Source of the DNA: a bacterium
Lineage (GTDB): Bacteria; Bdellovibrionota_C; UBA2361; RFPC01
DNA length: 64,000 bases
Direction: 5' to 3'
Assembly: GCA_009926305.1 (NCBI GenBank)
Contig: RFPC01000002.1
Coordinates: 1,932 to 65,931, forward strand
This document shows, in pieces, positions 30,389-40,044 of this stretch (the first letter of the stretch is position 1; every line of letters begins with the position of its first letter). Under the pieces are notes generated by a model. That model was not told the DNA's origin and searched no databases. It saw only the letters and a program-made list of their open reading frames with translations. The translations under genes and the position numbers were made by a program.

Positions 30389-32314
30389 CTAACGACGTTT
30401 TCCTGCACTGTTCGATGAATATATAGGGAGATGATCGGCAATTTTTGCAATGACGACTTTTCCGATCCTCTCGTCGAAGAAAAAGTGGACTCGAATCTGA
30501 TTCCCTGGCTGATTTCCAAACTTCACATGAGCTTCCGCACATATTGGTTCTCCCTGATAGCTTACAACTCGATGGTTCATCAGCTCACCTCGGGCCTTGG
30601 TCTCTTTCGACTCGGTCATGTTCACCTCGAAGCCAGTTTCAGCTTTGTATCGCTTTGGCTCAAAATTTCCCTCTTCAAACTTCATTTCGAAGAGTCTTGT
30701 CGCCATAGCTTCAAGGAGTTGATTTGCTCTCTTCTGAGCTCCTTTCTTAGAAAGGCATCCTTTTTCAACCATCTCTTCAGCACCGGCGTACGCATCCGGA
30801 TGAATCACCATATTCTCAGAATAGCTCGCTTCCAGGTAGTCGAGAATCTGAAGTAAATTCATCTGCTCTTTTAACGGTTCAAGAATTTTTAAAAGGACCG
30901 TTACTCGCTCTTGCTCTTCTTGTGCTTTAATCTCGAATTGATTTCTATGATGTACCAATTCTCGGGTCGTCGTTTCTAACTCTGTCTCATGCTTCGCTAT
31001 GAGTTCAGCCTTCTCTTGCTTAGTAACACTGTCATAGATGTTCAGCTCCTCCTCTAAACTAGCATTAGCGCTGCGAAGTCTGTTTAACTCTTCCCTCTGC
31101 GCCATATTTTCAGCTTGGAGCTCCGAGAGAGTCGCATTTGTTTGCTTCAGCAGTGCCTCATACCGCTCGGAATCCCTTTGCTCGACACTCAACTCTCGAA
31201 GCTCTTTTGTTTGTCGATTGATGAGCTTTATATTTTCCTCGGATTTTCTAGTATTTTCGAGTAAATCAATATCCTGAATAGTTGCAACGGACAGAGGTGA
31301 ATTGTCTTGAAAAGCCATTCCATTGATTGAACACCGCAGGGCCGAAAGATGGATATCAGAACCTACAAATGGTTGATGCACTAGCTCATTCGTTGATATT
31401 CGAAATTTTCTCATCTCTGAGTCTGCGGACCGCTGCGGATAATACAGTTGAGCAAAGCCCTGAAATGGAATGTCTTCCGACGTCAAACTATGATTGGGAA
31501 GGTAGCCTAATACATCTTGAATCTGCCTCGAGTCCTCTAGTCCATAGACAACTGCAACTCCTCCCAGCGACCTCGCCATTGCTCGCATATCAATCGGATA
31601 TGCGCTATCACCTGCAGGACCATGTATTTTTGCAACGGCCACCGCGAGCAGCTTTCGATCAGGATCACTCATTGCTTTCAAAAACGTATCGGCATTTCTG
31701 CCGTCGATTCGTTGAGGAAGATAACTTACTGGTGCACTGCCAGAAGAGACTCTCCATCTGGTATCGCTGATGATCCGCTGAACAATTCCGGGGGTACTCA
31801 ATGGTGTCGGGTGTATCGCCCCATGGAAATCAGGCGAAACCATCTGTTCATTAAGCAACTTAACCTTAAAGTCCTTTTCACCAACCTGAGATATCCCTAC
31901 ACTCGTCTCCCAAAATCGCGGGTTGAAGTGAAGATCACGCTGAATAAGCCTCATTGCCCAGTGAGTCGGTGTAGGCCCTGCAGCATGCAAGGCAAAAGAG
32001 CGAGTCTCCAATGAAGTATCGAGATAGGCAGAATCTATGGTGTGTCCTGTAATGAAATTCTCGAGAGTTATACCTGCTTCCTGGTTGCCTAATTTTCTCA
32101 GCACCCATTGAAAGACCTCATTATGTAACTCGGCAGGTTCAGCGTCACCCAAATGCACCGTGAGTTCAGTCGCAAAGTTTGGGCGTCGACCGATACCAAG
32201 CCCTCGATCAGAGCCATTAGAGGTCTGAAAGGATTCTCGAAAATGTCTCGGCAATTCGCCTTCAGCACTCAGCTGCTGGCACCAAGCTCGCGATTGCTCA
32301 ATGTTACTGCTCAT
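30389..32314 (-). CDS. large hypothetical multidomain protein (N-domain about 330 aa, about 140-aa coiled-coil, C-domain about 170 aa)
   Basis: 641-aa intact ORF. The central region (about residues 340-480) is heptad-rich (LINRQTKELRELSVEQRD...LNRLRSANASLEEELN). The C-domain contains 'RGELMNH' (Rx5H, HEPN-like) and 'IRVHFFFDERIGKVVIAKIADH'. No family assignable by eye. Confidence 0.5.
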   Translation of the reverse strand: MSSNIEQSRAWCQQLSAEGELPRHFRESFQTSNGSDRGLGIGRRPNFATELTVHLGDAEPAELHNEVFQWVLRKLGNQEAGITLENFITGHTIDSAYLDTSLETRSFALHAAGPTPTHWAMRLIQRDLHFNPRFWETSVGISQVGEKDFKVKLLNEQMVSPDFHGAIHPTPLSTPGIVQRIISDTRWRVSSGSAPVSYLPQRIDGRNADTFLKAMSDPDRKLLAVAVAKIHGPAGDSAYPIDMRAMARSLGGVAVVYGLEDSRQIQDVLGYLPNHSLTSEDIPFQGFAQLYYPQRSADSEMRKFRISTNELVHQPFVGSDIHLSALRCSINGMAFQDNSPLSVATIQDIDLLENTRKSEENIKLINRQTKELRELSVEQRDSERYEALLKQTNATLSELQAENMAQREELNRLRSANASLEEELNIYDSVTKQEKAELIAKHETELETTTRELVHHRNQFEIKAQEEQERVTVLLKILEPLKEQMNLLQILDYLEASYSENMVIHPDAYAGAEEMVEKGCLSKKGAQKRANQLLEAMATRLFEMKFEEGNFEPKRYKAETGFEVNMTESKETKARGELMNHRVVSYQGEPICAEAHVKFGNQPGNQIRVHFFFDERIGKVVIAKIADHLPIYSSNSAGKRR

Positions 32315-32489
32315 ACTTGTTTATTATGTTGTCTTCTTCGTTGAGGTGTCTCAACTGGTTCATTGAATAAGCAAACAACTCATTTTTAAGAGATTTTCTT
32401 AGTTTCTATCCCCAAGAAAATCTTTCTCTTAGGACTATGAGCACTCTGGCTTTCATGACCTTTGAACCATCCGTTCTTCTCGAGATAGG

Positions 32490-33377
32490 CTAAATAATAG
32501 AACTCTTTACGAGCTCAAGAGCATGACTCAGACAGTACTCCTCCAATTTTTCAACATCTTCGATGTGAAATCCAGTCTGATCTTTGGGAAGTATAAAAAC
32601 CCCAGAACCACTTCCCGTCATTCCAACCCTTCCGCAGTTAAGAGCTCTCAGCGCCGCCAGGGTTTCCTTCAGCAAACCACAAAGCGATGACGCTGCTATC
32701 TCTAGATCGTTTTGAATTAAGGAAAGAAGCAGTCCATATTCTTCTGGGAAACTATTCGTGGGCTTTTTAACTGAATTCTCCATTCGCGTAGAATATCCAG
32801 CTTCCTGAAACACGACAGGGGTACCGAGATGCGGCAGTCCAAGGATCAGAAATACTGGTGTTGAGCGAAGGGAACTCGAACGGTCAATATGTAATTGCTC
32901 GCCTATACCCCCGACACAGACTTGAGAGGCCCCTCGGAGAAAATAGGGAACGTCAGCTCCGATGGAAAGTGCGAGCTTAGCCAGTTCAACTTCATCAAGT
33001 GGCTGACCTAAAGCTTCATGCACAGCAGATAAAACTGCAGCCGCATTACTACTTCCTCCTCCAAAGCCCCCTCCGGCAGGGATTCTTTTATCGAGTTCTA
33101 TCAGAATATTGACGTCATTTCTTTGCGTTCTTTCAATGAGTCGAATAGCTGCTTGGACACAAAGATTTCCTTTATCATTCGGTATTTCAGAGGAGCCTCT
33201 TCCTTTCATGGAAAAGAGTACGGAACCGTCCCCCCCTTCAAGCCTGATCTGGAGAGTGTCATGGAGTCCTATGAGTACATTCAGCATAGACAGCTCATGG
33301 TAGCCGTCCGTTCTCCGACCAATTATTTTGAGTCGTAAGTTCAATTTTGCATGAGAATGTGTTGTTATCGTCTGCAT
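32490..33377 (-). CDS. ispE: 4-diphosphocytidyl-2-C-methyl-D-erythritol kinase
   Basis: 'AKLNLRLKIIGRRTDGYHEL' IspE N-motif and 'PAGGGFGGGSSNAAAVL' GHMP-kinase motif. The ORF is open to 33542; the family start corresponds to MQTITTHSHAKLNL at about 33377. Confidence 0.85.
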   Translation of the reverse strand: MQTITTHSHAKLNLRLKIIGRRTDGYHELSMLNVLIGLHDTLQIRLEGGDGSVLFSMKGRGSSEIPNDKGNLCVQAAIRLIERTQRNDVNILIELDKRIPAGGGFGGGSSNAAAVLSAVHEALGQPLDEVELAKLALSIGADVPYFLRGASQVCVGGIGEQLHIDRSSSLRSTPVFLILGLPHLGTPVVFQEAGYSTRMENSVKKPTNSFPEEYGLLLSLIQNDLEIAASSLCGLLKETLAALRALNCGRVGMTGSGSGVFILPKDQTGFHIEDVEKLEEYCLSHALELVKSSII

Positions 33378-34212
33378 GGTTGACTCACATCTTATCGGAA
33401 CTGCCCTTGCTGTTGCAAAATCTGCTGCAAAAAAAGCGGGTCTAGAAGCTCGTAGAATACGCGAACAGGGCTCCTTTTCAATTGAAATGAAAGGGAGTAG
33501 AGATCTGGTGACTGAGGCAGACCTTGCATGCGAAACTATCATAGTGGAGACGATACGCGAGTCGTTTCCCGATCACCTTATTCTATCAGAGGAAGCGCCG
33601 CTTCCGAATCTGAAGAGACTGGCGCAAGGTCCACTCTGGATAATTGACCCGATTGATGGCACTACAAACTTCGCTCATGGACACCACTGCGTAGGAGTGT
33701 CGATTGGATTTGCCATCGATGGTATTCGGCAGGTAGGAGTGGTCTACTGTCCTTTTCTTGAGGAGCTATTTTCAGCCTCCCGTGGGGAGGGTGCGTTCTT
33801 AAATGGTTCGCCGATTCACGTTTCTGGTGTTACAAAACCTGAAGAAGCGCTAATTGCCACTGGATTTCCGTATCAACGCTCTAATATTCAGGGGATTATA
33901 CACCGACTAGAGAGTGCCCTTACTCGTTTCCGCGATGTGAGACGTTTAGGTGCCTGCTCTGTTGATATTTGCTTTACAGCGTGTGGGCGACTTGATGGCT
34001 ACTATGAAGATGTAAAGCCATGGGATGTAGCTGCTGGACTCATGATTGCCGAAGAGGCAGGAGCGGTTATTTCAAGATTTTCCGACCCCTACGCCCAATT
34101 TCCCGCCTGGGAGGACCCAGAAAACCTTACTCCGACTGATATCGATGGAACGAACCTCATCGTTAGTGCCCCTGGAATAGCCGAAGCTCTAATACAGGCA
34201 CTTGAAATCTAG
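33376..34212 (+). CDS. inositol monophosphatase family protein (SuhB/CysQ-like)
   Basis: 'WIIDPIDGTTNFAHG' IMPase signature. 278 aa. Confidence 0.85.
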   Translation: MVDSHLIGTALAVAKSAAKKAGLEARRIREQGSFSIEMKGSRDLVTEADLACETIIVETIRESFPDHLILSEEAPLPNLKRLAQGPLWIIDPIDGTTNFAHGHHCVGVSIGFAIDGIRQVGVVYCPFLEELFSASRGEGAFLNGSPIHVSGVTKPEEALIATGFPYQRSNIQGIIHRLESALTRFRDVRRLGACSVDICFTACGRLDGYYEDVKPWDVAAGLMIAEEAGAVISRFSDPYAQFPAWEDPENLTPTDIDGTNLIVSAPGIAEALIQALEI

Positions 34213-34384
34213 AGTTAAATACCACGATTTCTGCCAGTCCTGTTGCAGACCTGGTAGCAAAACAGATAGCGGATTGCATCATGAGCCGTAGTTTCCTATG
34301 GTCTATAAAACAGCTTTCTATTTAAGGCTTTTAGAGAGGGCTCATCTCAGTCCTCAAAAACACGAATGTGAGGAATTCCCTACT

Positions 34385-34807
34385 ATGTATCCAGAAGAGA
34401 TCGTTGAACCATTTCGTAAAGAGCTGACCGCCAATGGTTTTCGAGAATTGAGAACTGAACAGGACGTTAATGATCACTTTCGTCAGGTCGGTGAAGAAGA
34501 GAAAACACTGATAGTCGTTAATTCCGTTTGTGGTTGTGCGGCAGGAATCGCTCGGCCAGGTGTTCTTGCTGCATTATCTTCCGAGGGCATTAAACCACCT
34601 AATCACCTCCTGACAGTTTTTGCAGGACAAGACAAAGCGGCTACAGAAAAAGTAAGGTCCCTGATAGTGGACTATCCTCCATCATCCCCCTCAATCGCGC
34701 TCTTTCATGGAACATCTTGCTCCAAAATGATTCACCGTTCAGACATTGAAGGAAACTCCTTAGACGGTGTAGCGGGACTGGTACGGACTCTGCTCCTCGA
34801 TGACTGA
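34385..34807 (+). CDS. bacilliredoxin BrxA/BrxB family (YphP/YqiW, DUF1094) thiol-disulfide oxidoreductase
   Basis: 'MYPEEIVEPFRKEL' start and 'VVNSVCGCAAG' redox motif characteristic of DUF1094. The ORF is open from 34298. Confidence 0.7.
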   Translation: MYPEEIVEPFRKELTANGFRELRTEQDVNDHFRQVGEEEKTLIVVNSVCGCAAGIARPGVLAALSSEGIKPPNHLLTVFAGQDKAATEKVRSLIVDYPPSSPSIALFHGTSCSKMIHRSDIEGNSLDGVAGLVRTLLLDD

Positions 34808-34821
34808 TCGGATATAGCGAG

Positions 34822-36429
34822 ATGGGTACGGCTCCACACGAACATCCAGTAACAACGGGCGCACGGCTCAGGTCAATAATCTTCTCTGAACAGTGTGACG
34901 GTGAAATCGCGAAGGATCTTCTAGCCTATACCGAAAAGAGTCATGCCAGCTCCCTTAGCCCCCAAAACCTCGCTCAGGTGTTCTATGCGTTGGGAAATCT
35001 AGCTCGCAAAACCCCAGATGTGGAGCGATTATTCCATGTAAATCCAAATAAGGAACGACTGCGTTCCCTTACCAGTATTGCTCGACGTCAACTCGACTCC
35101 TTCGAGGCAAGGAACATATCAGAGACCTTATTTGGGCTTATCGGATTAGGGCAACGTTCTGGACCCTTAGTTACCTCATTAGTCGGAAGAGCTGGCGGCG
35201 AAGTTGAAAACTTTGACTTACCGACGCTGGTTCATTGTCTTGGAAGCTTATGCTCACTCAATGTAGAAGAGCGTTTCCAAATGCATTTTGCTCTGCCCGC
35301 TTTTGAACGATTAGAGAGAGATTCTGATAGCCTGACCGATACTGATTTGGCTCGTGGATTACTTTATGCCTCTAAATTACTGCTCGATACTCAAGTAACA
35401 GCCCTTGAAGAAAAATGTCTCGAGAGAATTACGAAGTTTACCTCCTTCGAACTCGGCATTCTTCACGGTGCGAGTAAAATCTCTGGCTCTGAGTTTAGTC
35501 AAGATATCCTTGAAGAAGTAACTCGGAGACTCCAACATCAACCAGAAGAACTCAAGAGCAAGCAAATATTTGAATTCATGACTCACCAACTTCGTGCTGG
35601 CTTAGCGCATGATGGATTTATAGAAGGGCTCATACCGGAAATATCGAATCGGCTTGATGGATGGTCTTGCTCCGAATGTATAGACGCACTTCACTATCTT
35701 GCATATTTTAATGCGCGGGAAGAAACATTACAGAACCAGCTGGGAGATAGGATAGCTCTCGAGATTGATTCTCTTACGTGGCATGAACGAGCGATAACGA
35801 CTTGGTCCTTTGCTCGTCTCAACATACCCCATCAACCCCTGCTTACAGCCATAGAAGAACGAATAGGTGAGCTCCAGTCCAAAATATGTTCTCCACAAGA
35901 TCTTGCCACCTTAGCTTGGAGCTATGCATTATTAGAAAAGGATAATGCAAAAGAAATTGTCAACACTATTTCCTCAATCTTCGAAACTGAAGCATCAGGA
36001 CCACAAGAACAGCGACAAATGTATCATGCAAAAGTTGCCTTGGGACTATCGTCACCTGGAAGCTATGCTAAGCCCATTCAAGAATTAGCTGAACAGGAGA
36101 TTCGAGCGCACAAAAAGAATGGTTTTGAACGAGAAGTACTGAGTCACTTAAAAAACTTTGAGCCGGCAATCAAGCTTTACACTGAAACGATCATAGAAGG
36201 ACTCTGTCCAGATTTTGTTATCTTCGCTGACAATCGGAAAATTATATTGGAGACAGATGGCGTACGCTATCACCATCTATCAGACGGGACTCCAAAGGGT
36301 AATGATATACTTCAGGATACCATTATGAAACGAGCAGGGTACGAGGTGCGACATGTGACTGATCAAGAATGGTATGCTTTGAATAATCGAGAGAAGGAAG
36401 CTTTTCTCAGAGATCTTCTCTCTCTCTAG
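34822..36429 (+). CDS. protein with FASTK-like helical repeats and C-terminal RAP/DUF559 (Vsr-like PD-(D/E)XK fold) domain
   Basis: Repeated about 35-aa helical units (LAQVFYALGNL, ISETLFGLIGL, LPTLVHCLGSL, LARGLLYASKL, CIDALHYLAYF, ITTWSFARLN, LATLAWSYALLE). The C-terminus 'PDFVIFADNRKIILETDGVRYHH...RAGYEVRHVTDQEWYALNNREKEAFLRDLL' matches the RAP/DUF559 pattern (ExDG..H ... GW.V..V...EW). 535 aa. Confidence 0.55.
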   Translation: MGTAPHEHPVTTGARLRSIIFSEQCDGEIAKDLLAYTEKSHASSLSPQNLAQVFYALGNLARKTPDVERLFHVNPNKERLRSLTSIARRQLDSFEARNISETLFGLIGLGQRSGPLVTSLVGRAGGEVENFDLPTLVHCLGSLCSLNVEERFQMHFALPAFERLERDSDSLTDTDLARGLLYASKLLLDTQVTALEEKCLERITKFTSFELGILHGASKISGSEFSQDILEEVTRRLQHQPEELKSKQIFEFMTHQLRAGLAHDGFIEGLIPEISNRLDGWSCSECIDALHYLAYFNAREETLQNQLGDRIALEIDSLTWHERAITTWSFARLNIPHQPLLTAIEERIGELQSKICSPQDLATLAWSYALLEKDNAKEIVNTISSIFETEASGPQEQRQMYHAKVALGLSSPGSYAKPIQELAEQEIRAHKKNGFEREVLSHLKNFEPAIKLYTETIIEGLCPDFVIFADNRKIILETDGVRYHHLSDGTPKGNDILQDTIMKRAGYEVRHVTDQEWYALNNREKEAFLRDLLSL

Positions 36430-36534
36430 CAATAGCCCCCTTTCCACTCCCTGATACCTCAATTACACTAGCAATAAGAATTACACTACCAATGAGATCG
36501 TCCAATATTCATGTCCTGAGACTACACAATCGAG

Positions 36535-37761
36535 ATGGCTAAAAAGAGAATACTCCTAATAATAATTGCTCTGCTCGGATGCGTATATGTTCTATTCAAT
36601 GGGGGATATTCGCTTCTGGCAATTAAGGAGTTCTCTGCTGGTCGATTCGATGGTGACTTTGAGCACTATTATGCCAGTGCCATTCGGCTGTCACGCGGTG
36701 AAAATCCCTATAAAGATTCACTTCAGCCAACACTGAATGAACTCGACATAGCCGCCACAGATTCAAATACCCATGCGACAAATCCACCCGCACTTATCCT
36801 CTTAACAGTTCCTTTCACGCTGTTGAGCCCGCTCCTTGCCTTCTGGCTATGGAATCTTTTTCAAGTATCGTTTTTTATCTTAGGCGCCTCTACTTTCGCT
36901 AAGACCTTAGACATGCGCTGTAAGTCAGTTATGGTAGGAGCAATTGGCATCATATTTTCCTATCCCTTTCTTTTCCATATCCGGCACGGTCAAACGCAGC
37001 TTCTCATTGCTGGAATTATAATGTGGGCATTATCTCTCATCCAAAGACGCCCTCAACTGGGAAGCTGGCTTCTTGGGGTATGTGCATCAATAAAGTTATT
37101 TACATTACCACTGATACTGATTGCCTTAGGTACAACATATAAGAATAAACCATTCAATGTTCGCGCCCTCTTTGTTTTTACTCTCGGATTTTTACTTTTG
37201 CCTCTAACAGCGGAATTGTTTTCTCAAGAGTGCTTGCACGTGACTTATATTAGTAATGTGCTTCCCTATATACGGTCACTCCATTTCGAGATTTCTCAAG
37301 GTGTCTCTCTTTCTTTTTTGTTCTTTTTTCTCTATTGGAAGTTCGCCTTCAACTTTGATGCACCATCAGATATTTCTGAAACCATTCTTCCCCTGGTCGG
37401 CGGGCTCTCTGGAGGTCTTTTATTAATTCTTATTGCATATGAGTATTTCAACGACCAGCAACAACGTAATCTGACGAGAAGTGCCTTATTTATTCTTACT
37501 GCTTGTATTTTATGCTCGCCAGTAGCTTGGCCCCACTACTTTGTTTTGTTATATCCAGCCCTCATCTATCTCTGGTCCAAGGCCATGGCAAAGGGTCAGC
37601 CAAGAGCTGAGACTGTCCTCCTTCTTTATTTGATGACCGCTCTCACCTTTGGATATATACCGAGTCTCCCGACCATAAGTGCAATCTGGGGTCCCCTGGT
37701 AATGGGCTGCTACTTGTATGTTCTGAGAGCTCCGAGCAAAGGAATGACAAGGACAGGGTGA
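36535..37761 (+). CDS. GT-C-fold polytopic membrane glycosyltransferase-like protein (DUF2029/GT87-like)
   Basis: About 11 TM segments. Acidic 'RFDGDFEHYY' motif in the first extracytoplasmic loop. 408 aa. Confidence 0.45.
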   Translation: MAKKRILLIIIALLGCVYVLFNGGYSLLAIKEFSAGRFDGDFEHYYASAIRLSRGENPYKDSLQPTLNELDIAATDSNTHATNPPALILLTVPFTLLSPLLAFWLWNLFQVSFFILGASTFAKTLDMRCKSVMVGAIGIIFSYPFLFHIRHGQTQLLIAGIIMWALSLIQRRPQLGSWLLGVCASIKLFTLPLILIALGTTYKNKPFNVRALFVFTLGFLLLPLTAELFSQECLHVTYISNVLPYIRSLHFEISQGVSLSFLFFFLYWKFAFNFDAPSDISETILPLVGGLSGGLLLILIAYEYFNDQQQRNLTRSALFILTACILCSPVAWPHYFVLLYPALIYLWSKAMAKGQPRAETVLLLYLMTALTFGYIPSLPTISAIWGPLVMGCYLYVLRAPSKGMTRTG

Positions 37762-37778
37762 GCCTACGACTTTAAAAA

Positions 37779-38348
37779 CTATATCGTCAAAGCAGGTATA
37801 AGAAATAGATACACAACTGAGGCAACCGCAGAAAGAATACCGCACAGGAATGAAAGATATGCCAACCGTACATAGCGCAACTTTTCCTTTGCCAAATATT
37901 GACCTAAATCGTAGATCTCTCTTACCTGCACGCGATAAGCAAGCGCGTGGTCTTTCAGAACTCCTTCCCACGCTCTTTCAAACTCTTCATACGGTATGTT
38001 TATAAAGTTTCCAAAAAACAAAGAGCGCATAGCATCAAACGGCACTTCATGACTGAGACGTGTCGTCGTCTTACCAAATTTTTTGGGCATTACAGCGTAA
38101 ACCGCGAACAAAACGGTAAACACTCCAGAGATAATAAGAGAAATGGCTATCATCTCAAGCTCTGGCTTTAGAAGCAGTGGTGCGCTCAGAGTAATAATCA
38201 GAGAGCTAATAGTTATCAGCATATTGGCCTTCGTATCAATCATCATACTAATTTGTTGATGATGAAGACGCGTCTGGCGAATAAGATGATCGAAGTGTGA
38301 TCCAGGTTCTTTTACCTCAAACTGACGCATTGCTTCAGAGCCCTCCAT
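37779..38348 (-). CDS. small 2-TM membrane protein, possibly Pycsar-effector-like (DUF5706)
   Basis: 189 aa. N-terminal cytoplasmic helical region with 'DTKANMLITISSLIITL' leading into TM1, and a second TM at the C-terminus. The family call is from memory of the motif and is weak. Confidence 0.3.
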   Translation of the reverse strand: MEGSEAMRQFEVKEPGSHFDHLIRQTRLHHQQISMMIDTKANMLITISSLIITLSAPLLLKPELEMIAISLIISGVFTVLFAVYAVMPKKFGKTTTRLSHEVPFDAMRSLFFGNFINIPYEEFERAWEGVLKDHALAYRVQVREIYDLGQYLAKEKLRYVRLAYLSFLCGILSAVASVVYLFLIPALTI

Positions 38349-38377
38349 CTCTTCCTCCGTTCGCTTTGTGCTGTTAT

Positions 38378-39934
38378 TTAGCCTGCATAGACTCCATAGA
38401 CTTCACGAAAAACATCGCTCATTTCACCAAGAGTTGAACCCACCCTTGCCGCTTTAATCAGGGCTGGCATTACATTTGATCCACTTTTTGCCACTCCTCG
38501 TAATTCCTCAAGCGAGGCCTTCACAGAATCTGTATCTCTTTTGTCTTTCGTTGTTTTTAGCTTTTCTCTCTGTCGAGTCTCTAGCGAAGAATCTACTTTC
38601 AGAATAGGCGTGGTCGATTCTTCTTTTTCCTCGATATACCCATTTACACCAACGATAATGCGGTCCTTATCCTCTATCTCACGTTGATACTGATAAGCCG
38701 CTTTCTCGATGGCTTCCTGTGGATAACCATCAAGAATCGCCTTTACCATACCCCCGAGTGATTCAATGCGCTCTAACTCCTCGTTCACGGCACTCTCAAT
38801 TTGTCCAGTAAGCTCCTCGACCGCGAACGAGCCTCCGAATGGATCGATAAAAGACGGAATCCCTGACTCCTCTGCTATTATCTGCTGAGTTCTCAGCGCA
38901 AGGGTGGCACTTTCCTCCGTTGGCAGTCCCAGCGCCTCATCGTAGCTATTCGTATGAAGAGACTGAGTGCCACCAAGAACAGCAGCCATCGCCTGAATTG
39001 TGGTTCGAACGACATTATTCATCGGTTGTTGGGCAGTAAGGCTACTCCCCGCTGTCTGTGTATGGAATCTGAGCATCAATGAACGGCTATTCTTTGCACC
39101 GAAACGCTCTTTCATCAGCCTCGCCCAAATTCGTCGGGCAGCCCGAAATTTTGCAATTTCCTCAAGGAAATCATTGTGACAATTAAAGAAAAACGCCAAC
39201 CGTTGGGCAAAATCATCCACCTTTAGACCGGCATTCAAGGCTGATTCGACATACGCAATTCCATTGGCAAAGGTGAAGGCGAGTTCTTGTATCGCGGTGC
39301 TTCCAGCTTCTCTAATATGATAGCCTGAGATGCTAATGGTATTCCATTGAGGTAAGTGCGACGCACAATATCCGAACATATCAGTAGTGATGCGAAGAGC
39401 TCCCTCTGGAGGATATATATAAGTTCCGCGCGCTATATACTCTTTGAGAATGTCATTCTGGGTTGTCCCCCTTAGCTCTCCTGACGTAACGCCCTGCTCT
39501 TCTGCAACCACAATCAGAAATGCCAGTAAAATAGCTGCCGTCGAGTTTATCGTCATTGAGACCGAGACATCTTTCAGGGGAATCTGGTCGAAAAGCTCAC
39601 GCATATCTTCTAGCGTCGAAATCGAGACGCCAACCTTTCCGACCTCCCCCAAGGAGAGAGGGTGATCGGGGTCTCTTCCCATCTGAGTAGGAAGATCAAA
39701 AGCAACGCTCAGACCTGATGAACCTCTCTTCAGGAGTAGACGATACCGCTCATTAGTCTCACGAGCGGTTCCGAATCCGGCATATTGCCGCATAGTCCAC
39801 AACCGACTCCTGTACATGGTGTCGTGTATGCCACGAGTGAACGGATATTCACCAGCTTTCTGTGAATCCTCGCCAAAATGAGCGGGAATTTCTAGGCCTG
39901 ACTGAGTAAGGAACTTCTTCTTTCGCTCTTTCAC
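38378..39934 (-). CDS. methylmalonyl-CoA mutase family, catalytic (substrate-binding TIM-barrel) subunit without a B12-binding domain
   Basis: '[37 protein letters not shown]' and '[11 protein letters not shown]' mutase signatures. 518 aa, i.e. large-subunit N-domain only. Confidence 0.9.
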   Translation of the reverse strand: MKERKKKFLTQSGLEIPAHFGEDSQKAGEYPFTRGIHDTMYRSRLWTMRQYAGFGTARETNERYRLLLKRGSSGLSVAFDLPTQMGRDPDHPLSLGEVGKVGVSISTLEDMRELFDQIPLKDVSVSMTINSTAAILLAFLIVVAEEQGVTSGELRGTTQNDILKEYIARGTYIYPPEGALRITTDMFGYCASHLPQWNTISISGYHIREAGSTAIQELAFTFANGIAYVESALNAGLKVDDFAQRLAFFFNCHNDFLEEIAKFRAARRIWARLMKERFGAKNSRSLMLRFHTQTAGSSLTAQQPMNNVVRTTIQAMAAVLGGTQSLHTNSYDEALGLPTEESATLALRTQQIIAEESGIPSFIDPFGGSFAVEELTGQIESAVNEELERIESLGGMVKAILDGYPQEAIEKAAYQYQREIEDKDRIIVGVNGYIEEKEESTTPILKVDSSLETRQREKLKTTKDKRDTDSVKASLEELRGVAKSGSNVMPALIKAARVGSTLGEMSDVFREVYGVYAG

Positions 39935-40044
39935 TTCTTCGCTCCAGTTCCTATGGTATACCTCGGTTTTAAGGAAATTTGTAGCCGTTCTCTGATGGAA
40001 GCACCATACGACCGATCCCGGCAGCCCTATTTGAGTTACAAAAA

